DNA from: Deltaproteobacteria bacterium
GTDB lineage: Bacteria > Myxococcota > Kuafuiibacteriia > Kuafuiibacteriales > Kuafuiibacteriaceae
Direction: 5' to 3'
Assembly (NCBI GenBank): GCA_040218735.1
Contig: JAVJQW010000022.1
Span: 139,901-203,900, forward strand
Length of the DNA stretch: 64,000 nt
Below are positions 50,073 to 59,443 of this stretch, piece after piece. The notes beneath the pieces were generated by a model. The model saw nothing but the letters and a program-made list of their open reading frames with translations, was not told the origin of the DNA and did no database searches. Positions within the stretch are counted from its first letter, which is position 1. Each line of letters begins with the position of its first letter. The position numbers and the translations under genes are program-made.

Positions 50073-50174
50073 TTTGCCGATGAAGTCCGCGCAGCCTTCG
50101 TGGAGTGTGCGCCAGAAGCGCTCTATCTTGCCCTCGGCTGTGGCTTTTTAGGGCCGCGTGTGGATGAGCGTGAG
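50073..50174 (-). pseudogene. DDE integrase/transposase (rve, IS481/Mu-like) relic
   Basis: Manual translation LTLIHTRP*KATAEGKIERFWRTLHEGCADFIGK; TAA at 50148-50150. Confidence 0.7.
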
Positions 50175-50337
50175 GTCAGGCGAGTACGCACCTCGCGCGT
50201 GTATGAATGTGGCCGCCAGTGCCCAGCCGTTTCCTCTTTCCATCGGGCACCGGAACGCTTCATCCGGACCGCCACGAGGCTTCCAGGTTGCCTCCATGTT
50301 GTTGGACCAGGAGGCCCAGGGCGGTGATGCGGTCGGC

Positions 50338-53300
50338 TCAGACCGCGAGCACCTCGACGACCTCGGCGATGACGCGCAGCTCGTCGGGATCTGCGGAGGT
50401 GAAAGTCAGGGGCTCGAACTCCGGGTTCGCGGGCCGGAGCACGATGCGCTTCGCACCGTCGGATCCCTGCTCTTCCCTGTAGAGCTTGATGGTGTACTGG
50501 CCGCCGGTGTCGGGATCGGTGGGCCCCGCGTGGCGCACGAGGACGGGGCGCTCGGGAGAGGATGGGAGGGAGACGCGGCGGAAGAGGCAGTAGGCTCCGT
50601 CGGGGATGGTGGGCTCCATCGACCGGCCGGTGACCTGGGCGACGAACATGCCCCGTGCGAGGGGCTTGGCTGCGCTCGGGGTCACCCATTCGAGGCTGTC
50701 GTCATCGAGATCGGGGACGTCTTCCTGGAGCTCGCTCCAGGCGGTTGCCGCGATCTCGAACTCGATCAGCGGCACACAGGTACTGTAGCGCTCCTGCGAC
50801 GCGGGCTCGACCCGGCGGAACGGAAGCACCTTCGCGGCGCCACCAGTCGGCTCGGCCTCGTCGAGGAGGTCGAGGGCCGGGAGGCTCTGCACCAGCTTCA
50901 GCGTCTCGAGGCTCACGGTGATCACCCGGAGCAGGAGGGAGAGCGGGTAGCGTGGGTCGCCCATGGTCTCGGTGGCCCAGGCGTTGGCGTCCTTCTCGAT
51001 GCCGCTCGCTTTGTCCGTGGTGACGCTCTGGCACTTCATCACCCACCCTATCGCGGGCTTGCCGTTGACGACGTAGTCATACGCCTCCAGGGGGATGTCG
51101 CGGACGGTGATGAAGTCATTGTAGTGGATAACGGTCTTGTCCTTGCCCTTCCCGAACCGCATCTTCTCGACCCGGTAATGGTTGGCGGTGCGGCTGGCCG
51201 ACTCTTCGACCTTGGCCTTGTACTCGGGCACCTTCTCGTAGCCGACGTGCAGCTCGCCCAGGGTGCGGCCGGCCTTGCTGAAGGCCCAGAAGTCTGCAGC
51301 GGTCCTCACGCGAGGGATGCGCGGAAGCTCCTTGCCAAGGTTGTCGGCGTAGCGAGTGCGGTAATCCGGGGCGTGTAGGATGCCGTAGACGTAATAGAAT
51401 AGGTCTTCCTTGGTGATGGGCTCACCCGGGTAGGCGGACTGGAAGTGGGCGAGGCCGGCGTCGGTGATGCCGTCGCGGCGAGTGGTAGCGGCTGAAGGCT
51501 TGTTTGGGGCGGGGAACATTGCGCCAGCCCCATCAGCTTCCTCCGGACCGGTGTCGGCGGAATCGTAGACGAAAAGCGGGAAGTACTGAGATCCAACCAT
51601 ATCCGTCGCATGCAGGCTCGGGACAACATCTGCCATCATCACCGAGAAGGCGCTTCGCGACTCGCCAGCGGTGACCCCGATGACGCGGTTTGCCACGTCA
51701 ACGCGAGGAAAGAGGCGTGGCATCTGGTAGACCATCTCGTTGAGCTTGCGGTCGAAGTATAGCCAGCGGCGCGAGAAGGGTCGGTACAAGCTCGGCACTA
51801 TACGCATTGCGTCGAAGCGCAGCCGTCCTCCCTTCGCAAATTCGTTCTTAAGGGCTCTCGTCCAGGAGATCTTCGAAGGGTCTGTGTCTATGAAACCTTT
51901 GAGCAGTCCTTTCCGCCCCTTCTTGTGGAGCTCGCGATGGGCGCCATCGAAGCGAGACAGCTCCGCGTTGTAGAACCTGATCATATTGCCCATGTTGTGG
52001 CTGAGGCCGGGTTTCGATGGGTTCGAAGCCCACGCATCGCGATTCGTAACCACGCCTAGCGAGAACATTGAGAAGACGCGGGCCGAGGACTCCTCCTTGT
52101 CCTTGATACCTGCAGCAATATGAACGCGAAAGCTCTCGTCACGCTGCTTGAGCCAGTCGCCGTGCTGGTCAGGCGATACGAGGATCCAACCTTCCGCTTC
52201 ACTGATGCCTCCCACGCTGGCGAGATCAGTAACCGCAGCGAGCTTTTTCTCACGACTTAGGTAGGCCCCTATGTCGCGAAAGTAGATCTGAGCGTGTTCC
52301 TTGATGTTAGGGTTCTTTACCAAAAGCGAGATTGCGACTGGCGCGCGGCTACCGCTTCCGAAGACTTTCCCGCCTTCCTTCTTTGAGCGTTCGCCAGCCG
52401 TTCGCTGATTGCCGCGTAAATGAAACACGTACAGGCTGCTGAATTCCTCGGCGAGGCACTTACGCAGGCCGTCGAATGTCGGGGCTTCAACGAAGCCCGC
52501 GTTGGTCACGAACCCAACAATCCCACTATTGCCGACACGATCGCTCGCCCAGCGGATAGCACGGACGTAGCTGTCATAAAGCCCTTTGGAAAGCTTGGCG
52601 TCAGATCGATCAACATAAGACTGAGCGATGCGTCGGTCGAGCTTCGGATATTCGATGTTCGCGTTGTTGTCGTTCTCACTGTTCTGGCCCACCGAGTACG
52701 GTGGATTCCCGACAATTACCCGGATATCGAGCTTCTTCTGTCGCACTCGCCGCGCGCTGTTATCCACCAGGACCCGCGATACCAGATCGTCCTTCTCGTA
52801 CAACTGGAACGTATCGGTCAGACAGATCCCCTCGAACGGCTTGTATGCACCACCAACGACACCGTGGTACGCCGCCTCGATGTTGATCGCCGCGATGTAA
52901 TACGCCAGCAGCACGATCTCATTCCCGTGGATCTCCTTCGCGTATTTCCGCGGCAGCTCCTCAGTCGAGATCAGCCCGCTTTGGATCAGCCGCGTGATGA
53001 ATGTGCCCGTGCCGGTGAACGGGTCGAGGATGTGCACGCCCTCGCTGCCGAGCGTCTGTCCAAACTCAGTCTTGAGCAGATGGTCGACGCTGTTGAGGAT
53101 GAAATCGACGATCTCGACCGGTGTGTAGACGATGCCGAGGCGCTCGGACATCTTCGGGAAGGCGTTTCGAAAGAACTTGTCGTACAGCTCAACGACGATC
53201 TTTTGCTTCCCCTCCGCGCTCTCGATGCCCGAGGCTCGCATCTTGACCGACTCGTAGAACGCCTCGAGGGTGCGCGACTCCTTCTCTAGGTGGTGCTCGT

Positions 53301-55791
53301 GAAGGGTATCGAGCACGCCCTGCATCGCGCGGGACATCGAGTTCTCGGAGGCGAAGCTCTGGCCGGAGAATAGCGCGTCGAAGACCGGTTTGGTGACCAG
53401 GTGCTGGGCGAGCATCTCGACGATCTCGTCCCTACTGATGCTGTCGTTCAAGTCGTCTCGCAGCTCCGCGGCGAAGCGGTCGAACGCCTCGCGCTCCTTG
53501 GCGTTGGCCGGGTTCTCGAGGATGCCGGTGATCCGGTCGATGTGGGTCCGAGCGATCTTGGCGATGTCCTTCGCCCACTCCTCCCAGTGCTGGCGGTTGC
53601 CGACCTTCTGGACGAGCTTTGCGTAGATCGCACGCTCGATCTCGCCGATCTCGAACTCCAGCTCCCGCTGCTCGGGCTTCTGGAGGTTCTGGGCGGCGCC
53701 GATGGTGCGACCGCCCTTGGCCGCCTGTTTCGCCGCCTCCTTCTTCCTCCCTTCGCCCTTCTTGGTCTTTGACCGCCGTGTTAGCTTGTCGGTGACGGCG
53801 ACGACCTCCATCTTGGCGGGGTCCCTCGCGTCGAGGTCGAGCTTGTTGATCATCGCGTCGAAGCGATCGTCGTGGGACCGGAGCGCCTGGAGCACCTGCC
53901 AGACCACCCTGTAGGTGCGGTTGTCGTTGAGCGCCTCGTGGGGCTCGACTCCCGCCGGGATCACCACGGGGAGCACGATGTAGCCGCGCGCCTTGCCCGG
54001 TGCGTTGCGCATGACGCGGCCGACCGACTGCACCACGTCAACCTGCGAGCTCCTCGGTGTAAGGAAGAGTACCGCGTCAAGGGCCGGCACGTCCACGCCC
54101 TCGGAGAGGCAGCGCACGTTGCTCAGGATGCGGCAGGTGTCGGCGTCGGTGCTCGCCTTGAGCCAGGCGATCTTTGCCTCCTTCTGCGAGGCGTTCATGC
54201 TGCCATCAACGTGCGCCGCCTCGCAGCGGAGAACCGGATGATGACCGGCCTCCTCCTCGCTCTCACTCTCCTGGTATGCCTCGACTACCGCCTGGAACAT
54301 CTCGGCGATGTTCTTGGAGCTGACCTTGTGGACCTTGGCGCTCTTCCGACGCTCGATCACCTGGCAGAATGCGACCGCGCGCTTCATCGGCCCGCGATCG
54401 CCGGGGAGCTCCTCGGCCAGGCCTTTCTTGGCCAGCGCCTTCCAGCACCCGACAATCTTTGCCGCATCGTCGACCCGGAGTTCGTTGTTCTCGTCCTTGA
54501 GCAGGCTCTGGAGTCGCCGGCTCACGTGCTTCTCCTCGACCGCCAGCACCACCACCTTGTAGTCGACTAACAGGCCGCGCTTCACCGCCTCAGAGAAGGT
54601 GAGCACGTAGAGGTTCGGCCCGAAGCGCGCCTCGTCGTCCATCGAGTAGATCGCCACGTTGTCGCGCTCAGCGGTGGCCTTGGCCGCGTCACCGAAGATA
54701 CGCGGGGTCGCGGTCATGTAGAGGCGCTTCTTGCCGCGCAGAAAGACCGGGTCGTGCACCTTCACGAAGTGGCTCTCGTCCTCGCCCTCGTACGTAGACC
54801 CGGTGGTGCGGTGCGCCTCGTCGCAGACGATTAGGTCGAACTCCGGGACCCCGTGTTCTTGCTGGGCGAGGTGGAGTACCTCGATCGAGTGGTAGGTCGC
54901 GAAGACCACGGTCATGTGCTCGGCGTCGTGCCGCTTCTTCATCTCGCGGGCGAGGCGACTCGGGTCGGTGGTTGCCGGGTACTGTAGCTCGTGGACGAAG
55001 GTCTGGACGGTGTCGTCGTCCTTTCTCCGCTTCTTGCCCACGTCGCTGTCCGAGCACACCGCGAAGCTCTGGAGCCGGAGGGTGCTCTCCTGGGTCCACT
55101 CGGTGAGGCTCTGGGAAAGCAAGGCGAGGCTCGGCACCAGAAACAGCACCCGCTGACCCGGCCCCGCTTGTTCCTCGGCGATCTTCAGGCTCGTGAACGT
55201 CTTGCCGGTGCCACAGGCCATGATCAGCTTACCGCGGTCTCGGTCTTTCAGCGCCGCCACGACCAGCTCGATGGCGGTGCGCTGATGGGGGCGCGGGTCT
55301 TTCTTGCCGCGCAGGGCTGGCGCCTTCTTCGGCGCGAAGCTCGACCAGTCGACGAGACTCCCTTCCAGCGCGGCGAGGTCGATCTTGGTGACGGGCGTTT
55401 GCTGATCGAGCAGCGCGGCCTCGGCGTGGTCACTCCAGAGGTTGGTGGTGCTGACGATGATCCGGCGCGCAAATGGCTTCTTGCCCGAGGCGGTGAAGAA
55501 ACTGTCGATATCATTCTTCTGGACCTTGTGGCTCGCCGGGTAGAGCTTGCACTGGATCGCGTGGACCTCATCGGTGACCGTCTCGGCAACCAGATCGATC
55601 CCGACGTCCCGCTTGTCCTGCCCGTGTCGCCCAGCCCACGTCGCGTAGGGAACGATGTCGCGGTACAGCTCGCGATATGCCGGCTCGTTCTTGAAGTAGG
55701 CGACGATGAGCTCCTCGAAGTATGTCCCCGCCTCGCGGTTGGTCACGGCAGAGGATCGGTACTGGTCAAGCAGCGTCTGGAGGGCGGTCAC
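50338..55791 (-). CDS. Type ISP (LlaGI/LlaBIII-like) single-polypeptide RM enzyme with C-terminal S24 (LexA-like) domain
   Basis: Nuclease GIDLVA..AIQCK; helicase MACGTGKT, DEAH, TATP, QSVGRVMR; MTase LDPFTGTGTF, NPPY; TRD; S24 GRSMEP...TIK. Start GTG 55791 or 55806. Confidence 0.93.
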   Translation of the reverse strand: MTALQTLLDQYRSSAVTNREAGTYFEELIVAYFKNEPAYRELYRDIVPYATWAGRHGQDKRDVGIDLVAETVTDEVHAIQCKLYPASHKVQKNDIDSFFTASGKKPFARRIIVSTTNLWSDHAEAALLDQQTPVTKIDLAALEGSLVDWSSFAPKKAPALRGKKDPRPHQRTAIELVVAALKDRDRGKLIMACGTGKTFTSLKIAEEQAGPGQRVLFLVPSLALLSQSLTEWTQESTLRLQSFAVCSDSDVGKKRRKDDDTVQTFVHELQYPATTDPSRLAREMKKRHDAEHMTVVFATYHSIEVLHLAQQEHGVPEFDLIVCDEAHRTTGSTYEGEDESHFVKVHDPVFLRGKKRLYMTATPRIFGDAAKATAERDNVAIYSMDDEARFGPNLYVLTFSEAVKRGLLVDYKVVVLAVEEKHVSRRLQSLLKDENNELRVDDAAKIVGCWKALAKKGLAEELPGDRGPMKRAVAFCQVIERRKSAKVHKVSSKNIAEMFQAVVEAYQESESEEEAGHHPVLRCEAAHVDGSMNASQKEAKIAWLKASTDADTCRILSNVRCLSEGVDVPALDAVLFLTPRSSQVDVVQSVGRVMRNAPGKARGYIVLPVVIPAGVEPHEALNDNRTYRVVWQVLQALRSHDDRFDAMINKLDLDARDPAKMEVVAVTDKLTRRSKTKKGEGRKKEAAKQAAKGGRTIGAAQNLQKPEQRELEFEIGEIERAIYAKLVQKVGNRQHWEEWAKDIAKIARTHIDRITGILENPANAKEREAFDRFAAELRDDLNDSISRDEIVEMLAQHLVTKPVFDALFSGQSFASENSMSRAMQGVLDTLHEHHLEKESRTLEAFYESVKMRASGIESAEGKQKIVVELYDKFFRNAFPKMSERLGIVYTPVEIVDFILNSVDHLLKTEFGQTLGSEGVHILDPFTGTGTFITRLIQSGLISTEELPRKYAKEIHGNEIVLLAYYIAAINIEAAYHGVVGGAYKPFEGICLTDTFQLYEKDDLVSRVLVDNSARRVRQKKLDIRVIVGNPPYSVGQNSENDNNANIEYPKLDRRIAQSYVDRSDAKLSKGLYDSYVRAIRWASDRVGNSGIVGFVTNAGFVEAPTFDGLRKCLAEEFSSLYVFHLRGNQRTAGERSKKEGGKVFGSGSRAPVAISLLVKNPNIKEHAQIYFRDIGAYLSREKKLAAVTDLASVGGISEAEGWILVSPDQHGDWLKQRDESFRVHIAAGIKDKEESSARVFSMFSLGVVTNRDAWASNPSKPGLSHNMGNMIRFYNAELSRFDGAHRELHKKGRKGLLKGFIDTDPSKISWTRALKNEFAKGGRLRFDAMRIVPSLYRPFSRRWLYFDRKLNEMVYQMPRLFPRVDVANRVIGVTAGESRSAFSVMMADVVPSLHATDMVGSQYFPLFVYDSADTGPEEADGAGAMFPAPNKPSAATTRRDGITDAGLAHFQSAYPGEPITKEDLFYYVYGILHAPDYRTRYADNLGKELPRIPRVRTAADFWAFSKAGRTLGELHVGYEKVPEYKAKVEESASRTANHYRVEKMRFGKGKDKTVIHYNDFITVRDIPLEAYDYVVNGKPAIGWVMKCQSVTTDKASGIEKDANAWATETMGDPRYPLSLLLRVITVSLETLKLVQSLPALDLLDEAEPTGGAAKVLPFRRVEPASQERYSTCVPLIEFEIAATAWSELQEDVPDLDDDSLEWVTPSAAKPLARGMFVAQVTGRSMEPTIPDGAYCLFRRVSLPSSPERPVLVRHAGPTDPDTGGQYTIKLYREEQGSDGAKRIVLRPANPEFEPLTFTSADPDELRVIAEVVEVLAV

Positions 55792-56016
55792 GCGCCTACT
55801 TGGCACGCGTAAGAGCTGGCCTGCAAGGTCCGGGAACGATGGGATTCTGCATCGGGCGATTGCCTCAAGCGCTCGGCGCAGGCCTTCGTCATTCGATCGG
55901 AGGTCCAGGGCGCCTGCCGCAAGGTTGAGCGTGATCTCTCGCTCAGCGCGTGGTGCCGAATCACCAGCGCCAGCAGTTGCTCGTGCGTCGCGCCCAGACG
56001 CGCTTCAGCGTGTGCT

Positions 56017-56136
56017 GTGATATCCCGGCGATCTGCAGTCGGCCACATCCAACGAGGCTTCGAGCTGGCGGTCGATATCCATGCGGGCCGCCGCCTCGGG
56101 GGCGATGTTACCGGTCGTGGGTGGGGCCCGGCTCAT
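56017..56136 (-). pseudogene. Type I RM HsdR N-terminal relic
   Basis: MSRAPPTTGNIAPEAAARMDIDRQLEAS, then a frameshift to W...DRRDI; resembles the HsdR start PExxARxxIDxxLxxxGWxxQD. Confidence 0.55.
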
Positions 56137-56209
56137 GCAGAGGGCTCAGAGATCCCACATCAGGCGGCTCGGGCTCAAGCTCCCGGTTTTTGTTTCTGAT
56201 ACCTGGCTG

Positions 56210-57634
56210 TCAGGTCAACGCGATCGGCTGGTGGTTGTTCACCGCCAACCCAAAGCTATCGATCGGCACCCCACACAGCCTCGCGATCGTGACCCACAGG
56301 TCCGCGTGGTGGTGGCGGCCGAACGTCTTGCCGTAGTTGATGCCCGACTCGATCTGCGCGCCGCTCCGATCCACGCCGCCGATGAACACCCCCTGGCGAT
56401 CCCGCGGCTCCACGTCGGGCAGATCCAGCCACCGCCCCCGCCGGATCCCACCGCCGCCGCCGATCACCGTGTGCACCTTCGACCGGGTGTCGTGGCCGCC
56501 CGTCTCGACCTCGCCCGTGAGCACGATGATCGTGTTGTCGATCATCGGGCGCCCGTCGACGTCGATCGTGGTCTCGAGCGAGCGGACGAACTGCACCATC
56601 TTCGTCACGTACCAGGCCGCCCAGCCCTCGAAGGCGAGGCGCATGTCCGCGTTTTCGTAGTGCGCGATCTCGTGGTGGAAGTCGGAGCCGTAGATGTTGC
56701 CGACGCGGGCGGTGCCCATGCTGTCGACCCAGTCGAAGTCGCGGTACTGCTCGCCGAGGCCCAGCACCGCGACGCGGTGGGTGTCGGCGAGGAACGCGAC
56801 ACGGATCAGCTCGAAGTAGTTGTCGATCTCCTGCTCGATCGCCTGGTTGTCGCCGGGGCGCGGCGGGATGTCCGCCGGGTCCAGGCCGCCCATCGCGCCG
56901 CCGGAGAAGCGGCCGCTCAGGTCGTTCATCGCCGTGAGGTACGACTCGAGCTTCAGACGCTCGGTGCCGCTGACCTTCGCCATCATGCGCTCGGTGTCGC
57001 GGCCGAGGTACGTGAAGAGGCGGTCGCGGACGGCGCGGCGGCCGCGGTCCATGTCGCTGTTCGCGCTGTCGTTCAGCGGGTCGATGATCGCGTCGAACGC
57101 GCGCCGCGCCGAGGTGTACGAACCCAGCTCTTGGTTGTTCCCGTCGAAACACGTCGGGTTGTACGGGCGGCCCCACGAGCGGAAACCGGCCGTCACGCGC
57201 AGCGCGTTGACGCCGAGCGTGTTGGCGACGAGCCAGTCGATCGACGGCCCCATCGGCTCCGGGAAGTGCGCGCCGAGCTGCGCCGAGCTCCCTTCACCCC
57301 ACGGGACGGCGGCGGTGAAGATGTCGGAGTAGGAGACGTCGTGCGCGTTGCCCCAGAGGGTGCCGCGCAGTCCGTCGACGAAGACACACTGGTCCTTGAT
57401 CGCCTCGAATCCATTCAGTGGAGCTGGGATCGTGAAGTCGGTCTCGGAGCCGGAGAAGACGCCGTAGTCGCGGTCGCGCCCCCAGCCGTGCTGGAGCGGG
57501 ACGAGGAGCAACCGCACCGGCGCGGCGTCGGTCTGGCCCATCGCGACCTTGGACGAGAAGAAGCTGCTCGCGAGCGCGGTGCCCGCGCCGAGGCCCTTGA
57601 GGAAGAAACGTCGATCGAATCCGCGGCGCGTCAT
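56210..57634 (-). CDS. DUF1552 domain protein, Tat-exported
   Basis: DRRFFLKGLG Tat signal; SIDWLVA; KLESYL; FLADTHRV; HHEIAH; GRPMIDNTIIV. Confidence 0.85.
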   Translation of the reverse strand: MTRRGFDRRFFLKGLGAGTALASSFFSSKVAMGQTDAAPVRLLLVPLQHGWGRDRDYGVFSGSETDFTIPAPLNGFEAIKDQCVFVDGLRGTLWGNAHDVSYSDIFTAAVPWGEGSSAQLGAHFPEPMGPSIDWLVANTLGVNALRVTAGFRSWGRPYNPTCFDGNNQELGSYTSARRAFDAIIDPLNDSANSDMDRGRRAVRDRLFTYLGRDTERMMAKVSGTERLKLESYLTAMNDLSGRFSGGAMGGLDPADIPPRPGDNQAIEQEIDNYFELIRVAFLADTHRVAVLGLGEQYRDFDWVDSMGTARVGNIYGSDFHHEIAHYENADMRLAFEGWAAWYVTKMVQFVRSLETTIDVDGRPMIDNTIIVLTGEVETGGHDTRSKVHTVIGGGGGIRRGRWLDLPDVEPRDRQGVFIGGVDRSGAQIESGINYGKTFGRHHHADLWVTIARLCGVPIDSFGLAVNNHQPIALT

Positions 57635-57636
57635 GA

Positions 57637-59295
57637 CTACTCTCCCGCCTCGCGAACGCCGAAGCTCTCCGTGCGCACGATGGTCACCGCCATGTCGCGC
57701 ACCCGATCCTCGCCCTCGGCGACCGCCTCCGCGAAGCGCTCGACCTCACACCCGTCGCCGGTCTGCCCGAGCGCGTAGGCGAAGTAACTCTCCAGGACCT
57801 TCTTCCGCAGCGAAGACGACGCCGCGATCGAGCGGAAGTAGCCGGGGCCGTCGTCGAACTCCAACGTCTCGGTCGTGAGGTCGATGGAGCCGGATGCGTC
57901 GATGGTGACGTCCTGCTTCTCGGTGAGGCGGAAGCGCCCGACCGGGTCGAAGTTCTCGTAACCGTAACCCGCCGGGTCGATCACGTTGTGGCAGTACGCG
58001 CAGCGCGCCTGGGCGCTGTGGGTTCGGTGGTGGATGTCGCGCGTCGACGTCGTCTCGGGATCGAAGGGCGGGATGTCCTCCGTCGCGACGCCGGTGATGT
58101 CGTCCGGCGGGTCCGGGATGTCGTAGCCGAGCAGCTGCTCGAGCGTGAAGACGCCGCGCTTCACGATGCCCGTGTTGCCTTCGCCCGCGTGCACCGCGAG
58201 GAACGCCGGGTGCGAGAGCATGCCTTCGCGTTCGGAGGCGTCGGCGGTGGTCAGCGTGGGCGCGTCGAACGCGCTCGGGTCCATCCCGAAGAACGGCGCG
58301 GCGCCGGCGTTCACTTCGAACTGCTGGCCGGAGAAGACGTCGAGGAACGTGGCGTCGGCGGCCGCGAGGCGCACCAGGAGCGATGCGCGCGCGCTGTCGC
58401 CGAGCGCGGCGCGTGCCGCATCGTCGAGGCCGAACTCGGGGGCCTTCGCGCGGGTGTAGATGTTCTCGAAGTTCAGGTAGTCCCAGAAGAACGCGACCAT
58501 CGCTTGTGTGAAGCGGTCGTCCTCGATCATCCGCTCGGCCTGCTGCTCCAACGTGGCGGGATCCTTCAGCGAGCCCTCCGCCGCGAGCGTGAGCAGCGTG
58601 TCGTCCGGCGGCTCGTCCCACAGCGTGTACGCGAGGAGTGACGCGAGCTCGTAGTCCGTCAGCGGCGCCATCGCGCCCGCGCCTTCGCCGATCTCCGTGC
58701 GGTACAGTGTGTTCGGCGACATGACCATCGCCTGCACCAGGAACGACATCTGCTCGGCGCGCGTGCCCGGCGCCTGCGCGACGGCGGCGACGCCTTCGAG
58801 GAGCTCGTCACGCTCGACCGTCGTGACCGGGCGACGCCACAACGTGCGCGCCATACGCGTGATCGCTTCGTCGAAACAATCATCCTCGGTCGCGGCGATG
58901 CAGTCGGTGAAGGACGTGACGTTGGTGGTGACGTGATCCGAGACCTCGAGCGTCGACGCGTAGAGCGCGTCGATCGTCACGGTGGTGATGCGCAGCTTCG
59001 CCGGGTCGTTCGCGAGGCCGACGGTCGGGTTGTCGTCTTCGAAGCGCGGCATGAGTACGCCGTCGAGTGGACCGAAGGTCGCCGCGAGGGTGTTCACGTA
59101 CTGGGTCGGCGTGAGGCGACGAACCTGCGGCGTGAGGTTCGGGCTGTCTTCGACGCAGCGCTCCTCCGGGGTCGGCGGATCGGGGATGCGTTGCACGGGC
59201 GGCGTGAACGCTTCGTCCTCGACCGGTGGTTCACCGATGCGACCCATACAACCGCCGACGAGCATCGCGATCAGGATCGGGGCGGGGCGCTGCAT
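57637..59295 (-). CDS. DUF1592/DUF1588/DUF1595 (PSD/PSCyt) lipoprotein with CxxCH
   Basis: From ATG 59295: VGGC lipobox; VRRLT..QY.NTL; WRRP; YELAS.LAY.LW..PPD; CAYCH..IDP.G.GYENFD.VGRFR. Confidence 0.88.
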   Translation of the reverse strand: MQRPAPILIAMLVGGCMGRIGEPPVEDEAFTPPVQRIPDPPTPEERCVEDSPNLTPQVRRLTPTQYVNTLAATFGPLDGVLMPRFEDDNPTVGLANDPAKLRITTVTIDALYASTLEVSDHVTTNVTSFTDCIAATEDDCFDEAITRMARTLWRRPVTTVERDELLEGVAAVAQAPGTRAEQMSFLVQAMVMSPNTLYRTEIGEGAGAMAPLTDYELASLLAYTLWDEPPDDTLLTLAAEGSLKDPATLEQQAERMIEDDRFTQAMVAFFWDYLNFENIYTRAKAPEFGLDDAARAALGDSARASLLVRLAAADATFLDVFSGQQFEVNAGAAPFFGMDPSAFDAPTLTTADASEREGMLSHPAFLAVHAGEGNTGIVKRGVFTLEQLLGYDIPDPPDDITGVATEDIPPFDPETTSTRDIHHRTHSAQARCAYCHNVIDPAGYGYENFDPVGRFRLTEKQDVTIDASGSIDLTTETLEFDDGPGYFRSIAASSSLRKKVLESYFAYALGQTGDGCEVERFAEAVAEGEDRVRDMAVTIVRTESFGVREAGE

Positions 59296-59443
59296 GCCCC
59301 CACGATGCCGGAGGGGCGTGGAAGGAGAAAAGGCGAGGATCCCCCTGGAGTTGCTACACCTCAGGGTGGGGTGTGTGGACACCAGTCCACGTAAGTCTCG
59401 CGTAACTGAAGCGTGGGCGCTGAGGGCGCAAGGTGAATTCACC

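Larger units (their letters stand above)
44172..56200. mobile_element. Putative defence/accessory island downstream of rsmG
   Basis: Atypical codon usage, RM and nuclease genes, TA and transposase relics, duplicated gene end. Boundaries approximate; no integrase in view. Confidence 0.55.
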
